Shown here: positions 1 through 9,460 of the stretch, piece by piece
Layout of the letters: every line of letters starts with the position of its first letter
Numbering within the stretch: position 1 is the first letter of the stretch
Assembly (NCBI GenBank): GCA_963764165.1
Contig: CAVXRD010000001.1
Location: 640,001-704,000, forward strand
DNA length: 64,000 nucleotides
Origin: an uncultured Verrucomicrobiae bacterium
Lineage (GTDB): Bacteria; Verrucomicrobiota; Verrucomicrobiia; Limisphaerales; Palsa-1400
Direction: 5' to 3'
The notes under the pieces: model-generated
Databases searched by the model: none
The model's input: the letters and a program-made list of their open reading frames with translations, nothing else
Told to the model about the DNA's origin: nothing
Position numbers and translations under genes: made by a program

Positions 1-43
1 TCAACACGCTTAGGTGCCTGGGTTGGAGGTCAAGTGTCGGCAT
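1..43 (-). CDS. Minimal nucleotidyltransferase (MNT) antitoxin, N-terminus only (runs off window)
   Basis: ATG at 43 overlaps the 3' end of the HEPN gene; reads MPTLDLQPRHLSVL, typical of the N-terminus of MNT partners of HI0074-type proteins. Confidence 0.55.
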   Translation of the reverse strand, partial: MPTLDLQPRHLSVL

Positions 44-461
44 GGCCAAATTTCTCCCGCAAGGTGTCTTCAACGCGGCGGGCGTCCGCAATGAAGTCCG
101 GCATCAGGGTGAGGGTTTCTTCGGCAAAGCCCTCGCCGTAGTCATGAGCGGTATTGTTGCGATTGTCCCGGTAGGTGAACCAGCGTTCGACACTGGCGGC
201 ATCCATCAATCCGTGCCGGGCCGCATTGCGCAAAACTTCCTTGTAGGTGAGTTCGTCCACGGCGCGGGGGTTGGCGGTGTAGGATTTGATGGCTTTGCGG
301 AGCAGTTTGCCGGCAGTTTCCAGCGCCAGTTCAAAGCCTTTCACTGCGGCATTGCGGAAGATTTCGTATTCAATGCTGCCAGCCGGCACTTTCCGCAGTT
401 GCACGAGGGAGGATTCCAGGGTTTGGATGCAGCGCGCGAGATGTTCGGTGCGAAGGCTCAT
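30..461 (-). CDS. HEPN-domain 'nucleotidyltransferase substrate-binding' protein (HI0074 family), putative toxin
   Basis: IFRNAAVKGFELALE and the Rx4H motif RNNTAHDY; start taken at MSLRTEH. Confidence 0.85.
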   Translation of the reverse strand: MSLRTEHLARCIQTLESSLVQLRKVPAGSIEYEIFRNAAVKGFELALETAGKLLRKAIKSYTANPRAVDELTYKEVLRNAARHGLMDAASVERWFTYRDNRNNTAHDYGEGFAEETLTLMPDFIADARRVEDTLREKFGHADT

Positions 462-673
462 GGCTTTTATATTCGGGCACACCAAAGCTTTGCATCAGAG
501 CGCGGGGCGCTTTCCGAATCGCCGAAAAATTTGGTATCGCCGTTCTTTGCCATTCCATTCTTATAGCCGTCCAAGGCGACGAAATAAACAAAAAATCCGA
601 AAACCGTAGAAAATCGAGGCCGCAATATCGCCGGGTTGCGGGAATCAGGAATATCGGTGACAGTGCGATCGCT

Positions 674-1417
674 ATGAACGATTTATTAAAAGGAAAAGTT
701 GCCCTTGTCACCGGCGCGTCTCGCGGGATTGGCCGCGCCATCGCCTCGCGTTTGGCTCGGGGCGGGGCGGCGGTTTCTGTCAATTACACGAGTCAGCCAA
801 AGGCGGCGAATGAAACCGTGGCGGCCATCAAATCCGCCGGAGGCGACGCCTTCGCGATCCAGGCCGACATGGGCCGGGTCTCGGAAGTGAAGCGGTTGTT
901 CGACGAGACAATTTCGCATTTCGGGCGTCTCGATATTCTTGTCAACAACGCGGGCGTCATGTTCATCAAACCCGTCGCCAGCACCACCGAGGCCGATTTC
1001 GACCGCATCTTCAACATCAACGTGAAAGGCGTTTTCTTCGCCTGCCAGCAAGCGGCGACGCGATTGGCCGACGGCGGCCGCATCATCAACTTGTCCAGTT
1101 CGACGACAGCGCGATTGATGCTGAACTACGGCGCTTATGTAGCCACAAAAGGCGCGGTGGAGCAACTGACGCGCTCGCTGTCCAAGGAGCTTGGCCCGCG
1201 CGGCATCACTGTCAACGCCGTCTCTCCCGGGCCGACCGAAACGGAGCTTTTCACCACCGGCAAGACGCCCGAGGAAATCAAATTCTTCGGCGCGCAGTCC
1301 GCCTTTGGCCGATTGGGCAAACCGGAGGAAATCGCGGAGGTTGTTGCGTTTCTCGCGAGTGACGCGGCTTCGTGGGTCAGCGGACAAAATCTCCGCGCCA
1401 ACGGCGCGCTGGCTTGA
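674..1417 (+). CDS. Short-chain dehydrogenase/reductase
   Basis: TGASRGIG, NNAG and YVATK motifs. Confidence 0.92.
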   Translation: MNDLLKGKVALVTGASRGIGRAIASRLARGGAAVSVNYTSQPKAANETVAAIKSAGGDAFAIQADMGRVSEVKRLFDETISHFGRLDILVNNAGVMFIKPVASTTEADFDRIFNINVKGVFFACQQAATRLADGGRIINLSSSTTARLMLNYGAYVATKGAVEQLTRSLSKELGPRGITVNAVSPGPTETELFTTGKTPEEIKFFGAQSAFGRLGKPEEIAEVVAFLASDAASWVSGQNLRANGALA

Positions 1418-1449
1418 CGGAATCCGCGGCGCGGGCACGTTATATCTCC

Positions 1450-2220
1450 ATGCGAATAACGGCCGCCTTGCGATTCTTGTTTTGCCTGCTCTGTGGGGCC
1501 ATTGCCGTCCCCTGCCGCGCCGATTCGGTAACCGTCTTCGCCGCGGCGAGCCTTGCCGACAGTTTGAAGAAGATTGCCGCCGATTACGAAGCCGGTTCGC
1601 AGGATAAAATCGCTTTCAATTTCGCGGGCTCCAGCGTCCTGGCGCGGCAGATTGAGGAAGGCGCGCCAGTGGATATTTTCTTCTCGGCGGACGAGGCGCA
1701 GATGGATCAATTGCAGAAGCGCGATCTCATTGCCATTCCCACCCGCGTCAACCGACTGGCGAACTCGCTGGTTATCATTATCAGCGCGGACAGTTCGATT
1801 CGCCTCGACGCGCCGGATGATTTGGCGCGCGCCGACGTTCATCGCATCGCCTTGGCAGATCCGAAAGCGGTCCCCGCCGGAGTTTACGCAAAGGAATACT
1901 TGCAGGGCAAAAATCTTTGGCGCGCCGTGGAGGCAAAAGTCGTTCCCACGGCGAACGTCCGCGGGGCGCTCGCTGCCGTCGAGTCGGGTGATATCGAAGC
2001 GGCCATTGTTTACAAAACGGACGCGGCGATTTCGAGGAAAGTGAGGGTGGCGTATGAAATCCCGGCAACGGACGGGCCAAAAATCATCTATCCGATGGCG
2101 GAATTGAAAGGCGCTCCCGACCACAAGGCGGCGCAGCGGTTCATGAAGTTTCTTCAAACTCCGCAAGCCGGACGTGTGTTCAAGGAGTTTGGATTTGTCG
2201 TGCTGGACAAAAAAACATGA
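1450..2220 (+). CDS. modA: Molybdate ABC transporter substrate-binding protein
   Basis: Signal peptide; VFAAASL, GSSVLARQIEEGAPVDIF, VPAGVYAKE. Confidence 0.93.
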   Translation: MRITAALRFLFCLLCGAIAVPCRADSVTVFAAASLADSLKKIAADYEAGSQDKIAFNFAGSSVLARQIEEGAPVDIFFSADEAQMDQLQKRDLIAIPTRVNRLANSLVIIISADSSIRLDAPDDLARADVHRIALADPKAVPAGVYAKEYLQGKNLWRAVEAKVVPTANVRGALAAVESGDIEAAIVYKTDAAISRKVRVAYEIPATDGPKIIYPMAELKGAPDHKAAQRFMKFLQTPQAGRVFKEFGFVVLDKKT

Positions 2221-2882
2221 GCGAGGCGTGGCAAGTGGTCGGCTTTACCGCGTGGATTTCCGCCGCGAGCACGATTTTGATTTTGCCATTTGGCCTGGCG
2301 GTGGCGTGGCTCCTGGCCCGGCGCGACTGGCCTGGGAAATCCGTCGTTGAGACGCTGGTGACACTTCCACTTGTCATGCCGCCGGTGGCCACGGGTTTGA
2401 TTTTGTTGAAGATTCTCGGACGCCGCGGCGCGGTGGGCGGATTCTTTCACAACCATCTTCCTCTTGACATCGCGTTCACGTGGCGGGCGGTGCTGGCGGC
2501 GCAGGCGGTCATGTCATTTCCGCTGCTGGTGATGTTTGCGCGGACGGCTTTCGCCGGCGTGAATCCGCGCCTGGAACAAATTGCGAGGACGCTCGGCGCA
2601 AGCGAGTGGCGCGTGGCGTGGACGATCACGATTCCGCTGGCCGGGCGCGGCATCGTTGGCGGAATGATCATGGCCTTTGCCCGCGCCGTCGGCGAATTCG
2701 GCGCGACGATCATGGTCGCCGGCAACATCCCGGGCCAAACTTCCACGCTTTCGCTTTCCATTTACGAAGCGGTGCAATTGGGCGACGACGCGGCGGCGAT
2801 GAAGCTGCTCGGCGTCGCCGTGGCGCTGGCCTTCATCGCGGTGTGGATCGGAGGTCTTATGCTGCGGAGGAAATTGCGATGA
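2217..2882 (+). CDS. modB: Molybdate ABC transporter permease
   Basis: LPLVMPPVATG, FARAVGEFGATIMVAGNIPG; overlaps modA stop. Confidence 0.95.
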   Translation: MSEAWQVVGFTAWISAASTILILPFGLAVAWLLARRDWPGKSVVETLVTLPLVMPPVATGLILLKILGRRGAVGGFFHNHLPLDIAFTWRAVLAAQAVMSFPLLVMFARTAFAGVNPRLEQIARTLGASEWRVAWTITIPLAGRGIVGGMIMAFARAVGEFGATIMVAGNIPGQTSTLSLSIYEAVQLGDDAAAMKLLGVAVALAFIAVWIGGLMLRRKLR

Positions 2883-3544
2883 CGCTCGCGCTCAAAAACA
2901 TCCGCCTTCCGCTGGCCGATTTTGCCCTGGAAATCGATGCCGCATTCACGCGACCGGTCACCGCCATTTGCGGACAGTCGGGCGCCGGGAAAACGTCCCT
3001 GCTTGATCTCATCGCCGGGCTGCGGACGCCGGAGAGCGCGTTGATAAAGCTGGATGGCCGAATTCTTACTGACACGGCTGCCGGCGTGATGATCGCGCCG
3101 AACCTGCGGCGCGTCGGCTATGTGCCGCAGGACCTGGCGCTGTTTCCACATTTGTCCGTTCGCAAAAATCTGCTTTACGGAGCGAAGCGGCAAATTCCAG
3201 ACGATTCCATGTTTCATTTCGATCACGTCGCCAGCGTCCTGGAACTGAATCCTTTTGTGGACCGAGGCATTTCCGATTTGTCCGGAGGCGAGAAGCAGCG
3301 AATCGCCCTGGGGCGCGCCTTGCTTTCGTCCCCCGCGCTTCTTCTTCTTGACGAACCGCTGACCGGCCTCGATGCGGCGCTCAAAGCCAAAATCATTCCG
3401 TATCTCGCGCGGGTTCGAACCGAATTCCAAGTGCCGATGCTCTACGTGAGCCACAACCGGGCCGAGGTGGAAATGTTGTGCGATGAAATTTTCGAACTCG
3501 AGCGGGGCCGTCTTATTGAATTTCGAAGTCGCAAAGCGAGGTAG
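2879..3544 (+). CDS. modC: Molybdate ABC transporter ATP-binding protein (short form)
   Basis: Walker A GQSGAGKT, signature LSGGEKQR, Walker B LLLLDEP; ATGA overlap with modB. Confidence 0.9.
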   Translation: MTLALKNIRLPLADFALEIDAAFTRPVTAICGQSGAGKTSLLDLIAGLRTPESALIKLDGRILTDTAAGVMIAPNLRRVGYVPQDLALFPHLSVRKNLLYGAKRQIPDDSMFHFDHVASVLELNPFVDRGISDLSGGEKQRIALGRALLSSPALLLLDEPLTGLDAALKAKIIPYLARVRTEFQVPMLYVSHNRAEVEMLCDEIFELERGRLIEFRSRKAR

Positions 3545-3641
3545 GGACGCCTCGGCGAGGCGTCCGGGGTGAGGTGCAATTCAGGCACGACGCCTCGCGC
3601 ATTGCAACACGCAACCGGACGCCTCCGAGGCGTACCTACCT
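3539..3641. repeat. Family-A REPIN (inverted REP doublet)
   Basis: AGGTAGGGACGCCTCGGCGAGGCGTCCG ... CGGACGCCTCCGAGGCGTACCTACCT. Confidence 0.9.
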
Positions 3642-3690
3642 TAATTAGAAGACTTGAAACCCGCCGCATTCATGGTTCCACTGTGCGCGG

Positions 3691-4518
3691 ATGAAAGCGG
3701 ATGACATATGGCTGGCGATTTATTCGGTTGCGGATCGAATGACGAATCCGAGCACAAAGGTCGGGGCGGTCTTCTATGGCCTCGTCACGATTCTCGTGGC
3801 GTGGCTCCTCGGACGCGCCGTCAAACTGGCCATCCATCGCTCTCTCGACAGGATTCAAAGGGCAGGCGCGGATCCCACGGGCATTCGCTTTCTTGGCAAG
3901 CTGGCGAGTGTGCTCATTTATCTCGTGGCGTTCGTCGCCTACGCGCACGTCATTCCGGCCCTGACCAGCCTCGGCAAATCGATGCTGGCCAGCGTTGGCA
4001 TAGCCTCCGTCGTGGTCGGCTTGGCTGCGCAAAGCACGCTGGGCAACTTGATCGCCGGCATTTCACTGGTGCTCTATCGCCCATTTAAAATCGGCGACCG
4101 CCTGCAGCTTGCCGCCCCAACAGGCGTTGAAATTGGAACGGTGGTGAACATCGACCTCGGCTACACAGCGCTGCGGACGCCCGATCAGCGAATGCTCGTC
4201 ATTCCCAACAGCACCATCGCCAGCCAGGCGAGCGTAAACTTGACAGCCATCCCCCCACGAACCTCCTGCAATGTTTCGGTTTACATTGCCAGCGGCAGCG
4301 ATTCCGCCAAGGCGCGCCAACTGCTTCTGGACGTGGCAAAATCCCATTCCAAAAATTTGCAAGTGGATGGCTGCTACGTCACGCGCGTCACGAGCCGCGG
4401 CGTTCTATTGACACTTTCGGCGGGCTGCTCCAATCCCGATTTTGCGACTGGCGTAAAATCAGATCTGTTGGAGGGCGCGAAGACGCAGCTTGATGCGGCG
4501 GGGATCAAACTGGTTTAG
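3691..4518 (+). CDS. Small-conductance mechanosensitive channel (MscS family)
   Basis: Three TM helices; GLAAQSTLGNLIAGISLVLYRPFKIGD and IPNS motifs. Confidence 0.9.
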   Translation: MKADDIWLAIYSVADRMTNPSTKVGAVFYGLVTILVAWLLGRAVKLAIHRSLDRIQRAGADPTGIRFLGKLASVLIYLVAFVAYAHVIPALTSLGKSMLASVGIASVVVGLAAQSTLGNLIAGISLVLYRPFKIGDRLQLAAPTGVEIGTVVNIDLGYTALRTPDQRMLVIPNSTIASQASVNLTAIPPRTSCNVSVYIASGSDSAKARQLLLDVAKSHSKNLQVDGCYVTRVTSRGVLLTLSAGCSNPDFATGVKSDLLEGAKTQLDAAGIKLV

Positions 4519-6191
4519 TCGCGTTTCTTCGCGGCGTTCTTCAACAATTCTTCAGCATGTTTCCGGGTCGCTTCGCTTTGGCCGCCAAGCATGCGCATCA
4601 ATTCCTGCACGCGCTGTTTGTCTTCAAGCAGCGTGATTTCGGAAACGGTTCGACCCGCATCGGAACGCTTGGCCACTACAAAATGGGAATCCGCCGCCGC
4701 CGCCACCGCCGGCAAATGCGTAATGCAAATCACTTGCCGCCGCCGCGCAATGCGCGACATTTTTTCGCCTACCACCGCCGCCGTTTCGCCGCCAACGTTG
4801 GCGTCGATCTCGTCAAATACAAGGACAGGAATTTCGTCCTGCGCTGCCAGCACGGTTTTCAACGCGAGCATGACGCGCGACATTTCGCCGGATGATGCAA
4901 TGGCGCGCAACGGGCGGGCCGGCTCGCCGGCGTTTGGCGCGAATTGAAATTCAATTTCGTCAAAGCCGGTTGCGGTGAAACGTTCGAGTGTGCGAAGTTC
5001 GGCGTCGAACCGGCTCTGTTGAAAGCCGAGTCCGTGCAACTGCTGCATTGCCGCTTTGGCCAATCTTGGAATGGCCTGGCGGCGTTGAGACGCCAGTTCG
5101 TGGCCGGTCTTGCGGATTTCGCCGTTCACTTTTTCCAACGCCGCATTCAGGCGGGCCAGTTCGGCATCGCGTCCCTCCAGTGATTGCAAATCCGCCCTCG
5201 CCTTTTCGCCGAACGCGACCACATCAGCCAGCGTCGGGCCATATTTCCTTTTGAGCGTGTGCAGCAAATTGACCCGTTCCTCCAATTGCCGCAGCCGAGC
5301 CGGATCAACTTCGACGGTGTCCGCGTAATGGCGTAACTCTGACTGCAATTCGCCCCACGCGACGGTGGCTTGGTGATGGGCCTCCACGAGATTTGCGGCG
5401 CGCGGGTCAAGGCGCTGCAGCGATTGCAGGGTGCGCCCTAATTCTCCCGCGCGGTGCAACAGCGAATCGTCCTGCTCGCCCAGAAGACTCAGTGCCGTCT
5501 GCGAAAATTCCAACAATCGCGCCGCATTGCCCGCGCGCTTGAATTCCTGCTCGACGGCTTCCTCTTCTTCCGGCCGCAATTTCGCGGCGGCGATTTCGTT
5601 TGCCTGGAAACGGAGCATGTCGAGTTGCTGGGCGTAGGTGCGTTCGTCAACTATAAGCGCGGCCTTTTGCTCCTCAAATTGGCGCGACTGGCGGACAAGC
5701 TCCGCAAACCGCTCACGCAATGCCGCAAGCCCGGCGAAGGCGTCCAAAATGTCCAGTTGCCGGGCGGGTTGCAGAAGCGATTGGTGCTCATGCGGCCCGT
5801 GCATATCGACCAACTCCTGCCCCAACGCCGCGAGGACTTGCAGCGTGGTGGGCGAGCCGTTGACGAATTGCCGATTCGCGCCCGCCGCCGTAAAAACACG
5901 CTTCAAAATCAATTGATGATCGACACACGGCTCAAGCCCGTTGTCCTCAAAAAACTTCGCCGGGATCGCGCGGGATTGGTGAAGATCGAAGACGGCTTCC
6001 ACCGCGCACGAATCACTCCCCGCCCGCAGAAGCGTCCGGTCCGCCCGTTCCCCCAAAAGCAGATTGAGTGCGCCAATGATGATCGATTTGCCGGCGCCCG
6101 TTTCGCCGGTAATGGCGTTGTAGCCGGGCTGCAATTGCAAAGTGAGGTCCGACACCAACGCAAGATTTTTGATGCGCAGAGTGCTTAACAC
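4515..6191 (-). CDS. recN: DNA repair protein RecN
   Basis: ITGETGAGKS, ASSGEMSRVMLALK, VFDEIDANVGG, ICITHLP; GTG start at VLSTLRIKN. Confidence 0.96.
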   Translation of the reverse strand: MLSTLRIKNLALVSDLTLQLQPGYNAITGETGAGKSIIIGALNLLLGERADRTLLRAGSDSCAVEAVFDLHQSRAIPAKFFEDNGLEPCVDHQLILKRVFTAAGANRQFVNGSPTTLQVLAALGQELVDMHGPHEHQSLLQPARQLDILDAFAGLAALRERFAELVRQSRQFEEQKAALIVDERTYAQQLDMLRFQANEIAAAKLRPEEEEAVEQEFKRAGNAARLLEFSQTALSLLGEQDDSLLHRAGELGRTLQSLQRLDPRAANLVEAHHQATVAWGELQSELRHYADTVEVDPARLRQLEERVNLLHTLKRKYGPTLADVVAFGEKARADLQSLEGRDAELARLNAALEKVNGEIRKTGHELASQRRQAIPRLAKAAMQQLHGLGFQQSRFDAELRTLERFTATGFDEIEFQFAPNAGEPARPLRAIASSGEMSRVMLALKTVLAAQDEIPVLVFDEIDANVGGETAAVVGEKMSRIARRRQVICITHLPAVAAAADSHFVVAKRSDAGRTVSEITLLEDKQRVQELMRMLGGQSEATRKHAEELLKNAAKKRD

Positions 6192-6292
6192 GGCGAATTT
6201 GCGGCTGAAGGTTGAAATTTCGGGCGCGCCATACATCCCGATATTCGTGCGAGTGCCACGCTGTTTCAATCAGGAAATCTGCTGGCCTTAAA

Positions 6293-6382
6293 AGGTAGCC
6301 TCGCCGAGGCGTCCGAGGTCGTGGCACTTTTCGAACGCGGGGGACTAGCGAATGTCCCCGGACGCCTCGGCGAGGCGTCCCT
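6293..6382. repeat. Family-A REPIN (left arm slightly deleted)
   Basis: AGGTAGCCTCGCCGAGGCGTCCG ... CGGACGCCTCGGCGAGGCGTCCCT. Confidence 0.88.
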
Positions 6383-6447
6383 TCAGATCAATCAGAAACC
6401 TCATTTCGGTATTTAATGTCGCCATCAAACGATGTATACACTGCTTC

Positions 6448-7338
6448 ATGCGAGTGCTGATCATCGGCTGCGGGTATGTGGGGCTGCCTCTGGGAGCGGA
6501 ACTGGTGCGGATGGGCCACCAGGTCGTTGGTGTCACGCTGAGCGGCAAATCGCATGCCACCTTGGCCGGGCACGGCATCGAACCGTTCGCCGCTGACGTG
6601 GCGCAGCCGCACGCTTTTCAGAATCTCGCCCTGCCATTCGATTGGGTGGTCAATACCGTTGCCTCCAATCAGGGCGGCGCGATCGAGTATCGGATGACCT
6701 ATCTTGAAGGCGTTCGCAATCTTCTCCGCTGGCTGGAAGCATCGCCGCCGAAAAAATTTGTCTACACTAGCAGCACGAGTGTCTATGGGCATACGGACGG
6801 CTCGCTTGTCAAAGAAACCAGCCCGACGGAACCGCAAGGCGAATTGGCGGCAATTTTAGTATCGACAGAGAAGCTCCTTCTCGAAGCCGCGCAAACAAAA
6901 AAATTCCCGGCCATCATCCTTCGCGTGGCGGGAATTTACGGGCCGGGGCGCGGGCACCTTTTCCTGCAATATCTCAAAGACGAAGCGCGCATTGCTGGCC
7001 ATGGCGAGCGGCTGATCAACATGATTCATCGCGACGACGTGGTGGCAAGCATCATCGCGGCGTTGAAGAGCGGGCGTCCGGGTGAAGTCTACAACACTTG
7101 CGATGACGAACCAGTGCCGCAAATCCATTTCTTCCGCTGGCTCTCCGAAACGCTTGGCAAGAACATGCCGCCCTTTGTGCATGAAGACGCGGCCGCACCG
7201 CGCAAGCGCACGCCGACGCACAAAAAAGTGAGTAATCGAAAATTGCGGATGGAACTTGGGTGCGCGCTGCGCTATCCGACATTCCGCCAGGGCTACACCG
7301 CTGAGATCAAGCGGATGGAAGATGCGGGCGAGTTGTAA
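6448..7338 (+). CDS. NAD-dependent epimerase/dehydratase (atypical SDR, YeeZ-like)
   Basis: MRVLIIGCGYVG, YTSSTSVYG, LRVAGIYGPGR, IHRDD. Confidence 0.85.
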   Translation: MRVLIIGCGYVGLPLGAELVRMGHQVVGVTLSGKSHATLAGHGIEPFAADVAQPHAFQNLALPFDWVVNTVASNQGGAIEYRMTYLEGVRNLLRWLEASPPKKFVYTSSTSVYGHTDGSLVKETSPTEPQGELAAILVSTEKLLLEAAQTKKFPAIILRVAGIYGPGRGHLFLQYLKDEARIAGHGERLINMIHRDDVVASIIAALKSGRPGEVYNTCDDEPVPQIHFFRWLSETLGKNMPPFVHEDAAAPRKRTPTHKKVSNRKLRMELGCALRYPTFRQGYTAEIKRMEDAGEL

Positions 7339-7351
7339 TAGTCGCGAAGTG

Positions 7352-7451
7352 AGGTAGGGACGCCTCGCCGAGGCGTCCGAGGTCGTGGCGTTTCTCGAGC
7401 GCGTTGGGACTCGCGAACGTCCCCGGACGCCTCGGCGAGGTGTCCCTACCT
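7352..7451. repeat. Family-A REPIN between convergent genes
   Basis: AGGTAGGGACGCCTCGCCGAGGCGTCCG ... CGGACGCCTCGGCGAGGTGTCCCTACCT. Confidence 0.92.
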
Positions 7452-7459
7452 TTGAAAGC

Positions 7460-9460
7460 TTAGAAATGTCCGGTGCGCACAATCTCCCTCGCCTGCTCCA
7501 CTAACTTTATGTCCGCCGTCAGATCGCCGAATCGCAATGGCGGCGCGCCGCTCTGCTGGCGACCGAGAAATTCGCCGGGGCCGCGCAGAAGCATATCCGC
7601 TTCCGCGATGCGGAATCCGTCGTTCGTTTCTTCCATCACCTTCAAGCGCCCTCGGGCTTCGTCGGCTTTGCCGTTGGAGATCAGAATGCAAAACGAATCC
7701 CCCGCACCGCGCCCGATGCGCCCGCGCAATTGATGAAGCTGGGCGAGGCCGAATTGTTCGGCGTTTTCGACCACCATGACGGTGGCGTTCGGAACATCCA
7801 GACCCACTTCCACCACAGAAGTCGCCAGCAAAACTTTTATCCGGTTCGCGGCGAAATCGGACATCACGCGCTCCTTTTCGGCGCTGTTCAGACGGCCGTG
7901 CAGCAATCCCACTTGCGCAGGGGCGAACACTTTTTCGAGTTCCTTGAATTCCTTCGCCACTGCCTTCACCCCAGCCGCGGTGTCTTCCTCCTCGAGGCGC
8001 GAGTAAACAATATAGGCCTGGCGTCCTTTCTTCAATTCCGCCGCCACGAACGGCCAGACTTTCGGCAAACTTTCCGGGTCGCGCACAAACGTCTTGATTT
8101 TCCCGCGCCCCGGAGGACTGCGGTCGATGATGGAGATGTCGAGGTCGCCGTAAAGCGTCAAGCCAAGCGTGCGCGGAATTGGCGTGGCCGTCATGACAAG
8201 CAAATGCGGATACGCCCCTTTGCGCACAAGCTGCTCGCGCTGCGAGACGCCGAATTTGTGCTGCTCGTCAATAATGACGAGGCCGAGCTTTTCCGGCGTG
8301 AACGATTCTTCCAGCAACGCGTGCGTGCCGATAAACAGGCGCGGGCCATCCGTCCTGAAAAGCGACGACGACTCCCTCCCACCCGCCCGCACCTCGACGG
8401 GAATGTTCAGCTTTTCAAACCAGCGCCGAAAATTAATCCCATGCTGCTCGGCGAGAATTTGCGTCGGCGCCATCAGCACAACGGACGCGCCGCTTTCGAG
8501 CGCCATCAACGCCGTGCAGGCGGCGACGACCGTTTTCCCGGAACCGACATCACCTTGAAGCAATCGGCGCATCGGCACCGGCACTCCCATATCGCGGCGG
8601 ATGGTTCGCAAAACATTTTTTTGCGCGGGCGTCAGCTCAAAACCGAGCGCTCCCAGAAATGGCTTTATCAGATGGTTATCGCCGGAGCAGACGAGGGAGC
8701 GCGCGTTCTTCTCGAGATTTCGCCGGCGGGTTTGAATGGAAATCTGAAGCTCGACGTACTCGTCCAGCGCAAGGCGACGCCGGGCAATTTCGGCGTCAGA
8801 CATTTCCTCTGGGAAATGGAGCATTCGCACCGCGTGCGAACGCAAAGGCAATGGAACAGCGCCTCCCTTCAGTTCGATTTTCTGGGCAGCCAACCGAAGG
8901 GCCGGACGCGGTTCGGTGATGGCCGATTCGAATTGCTCCAACACCCGCCACACCAAAGCGCGCAGCCAGCGTTGCGGCAGTCCTTCCGTGAGGGGATAAA
9001 TGGGGGCAATGCGATTCAGATGCACGGATGTCTCCATGCGCTGGATGACTTCCGTTTCCGGATGATCGATGGTGCGGGGCCGCAGCGAATTGGGTTTGCC
9101 AAAAACCACCACCTCCTCGCCCACGTTGAAATACTTTTCCATGAACGGAAGGTTCCACCACCGGCAATGCAACCGCCCGGAGCCATCGTCAACTATAAGC
9201 TCAAATACAGAAGATCGCCCTTTGCGAAAGCGATTCAATCCCGCCGCGATGATTTTCCCGCAGATCAGCACGGGCGTGCTGAGTTCAACCTTTGAGATGG
9301 GTTGAAAATTGCGTCGATCCTCGTAGCGGCGGGGTCGGTGCAGCAATAAATCGCCAGTCGTGCGCAATTCAAGGCGCTGCAATTGGCGGGCGCGCTCGCC
9401 CCCCACGCCGGGAATATGTTCGAGCGGCGTCAGCAATGGATCGTGTGCGGCCGCGCTCAC
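7460..9460 (-). CDS. recG: ATP-dependent DNA helicase RecG
   Basis: LQGDVGSGKT, DEQH, MTATPIPRTL, QLHQLRGRIGRG, RGPGEFLG. Confidence 0.96.
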   Translation of the reverse strand: MSAAAHDPLLTPLEHIPGVGGERARQLQRLELRTTGDLLLHRPRRYEDRRNFQPISKVELSTPVLICGKIIAAGLNRFRKGRSSVFELIVDDGSGRLHCRWWNLPFMEKYFNVGEEVVVFGKPNSLRPRTIDHPETEVIQRMETSVHLNRIAPIYPLTEGLPQRWLRALVWRVLEQFESAITEPRPALRLAAQKIELKGGAVPLPLRSHAVRMLHFPEEMSDAEIARRRLALDEYVELQISIQTRRRNLEKNARSLVCSGDNHLIKPFLGALGFELTPAQKNVLRTIRRDMGVPVPMRRLLQGDVGSGKTVVAACTALMALESGASVVLMAPTQILAEQHGINFRRWFEKLNIPVEVRAGGRESSSLFRTDGPRLFIGTHALLEESFTPEKLGLVIIDEQHKFGVSQREQLVRKGAYPHLLVMTATPIPRTLGLTLYGDLDISIIDRSPPGRGKIKTFVRDPESLPKVWPFVAAELKKGRQAYIVYSRLEEEDTAAGVKAVAKEFKELEKVFAPAQVGLLHGRLNSAEKERVMSDFAANRIKVLLATSVVEVGLDVPNATVMVVENAEQFGLAQLHQLRGRIGRGAGDSFCILISNGKADEARGRLKVMEETNDGFRIAEADMLLRGPGEFLGRQQSGAPPLRFGDLTADIKLVEQAREIVRTGHF

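Noticed and set aside
462..673. Moco riboswitch or ModE site upstream of SDR-modABC
   Set aside because: No recognisable conserved motif by eye; would need an Rfam search
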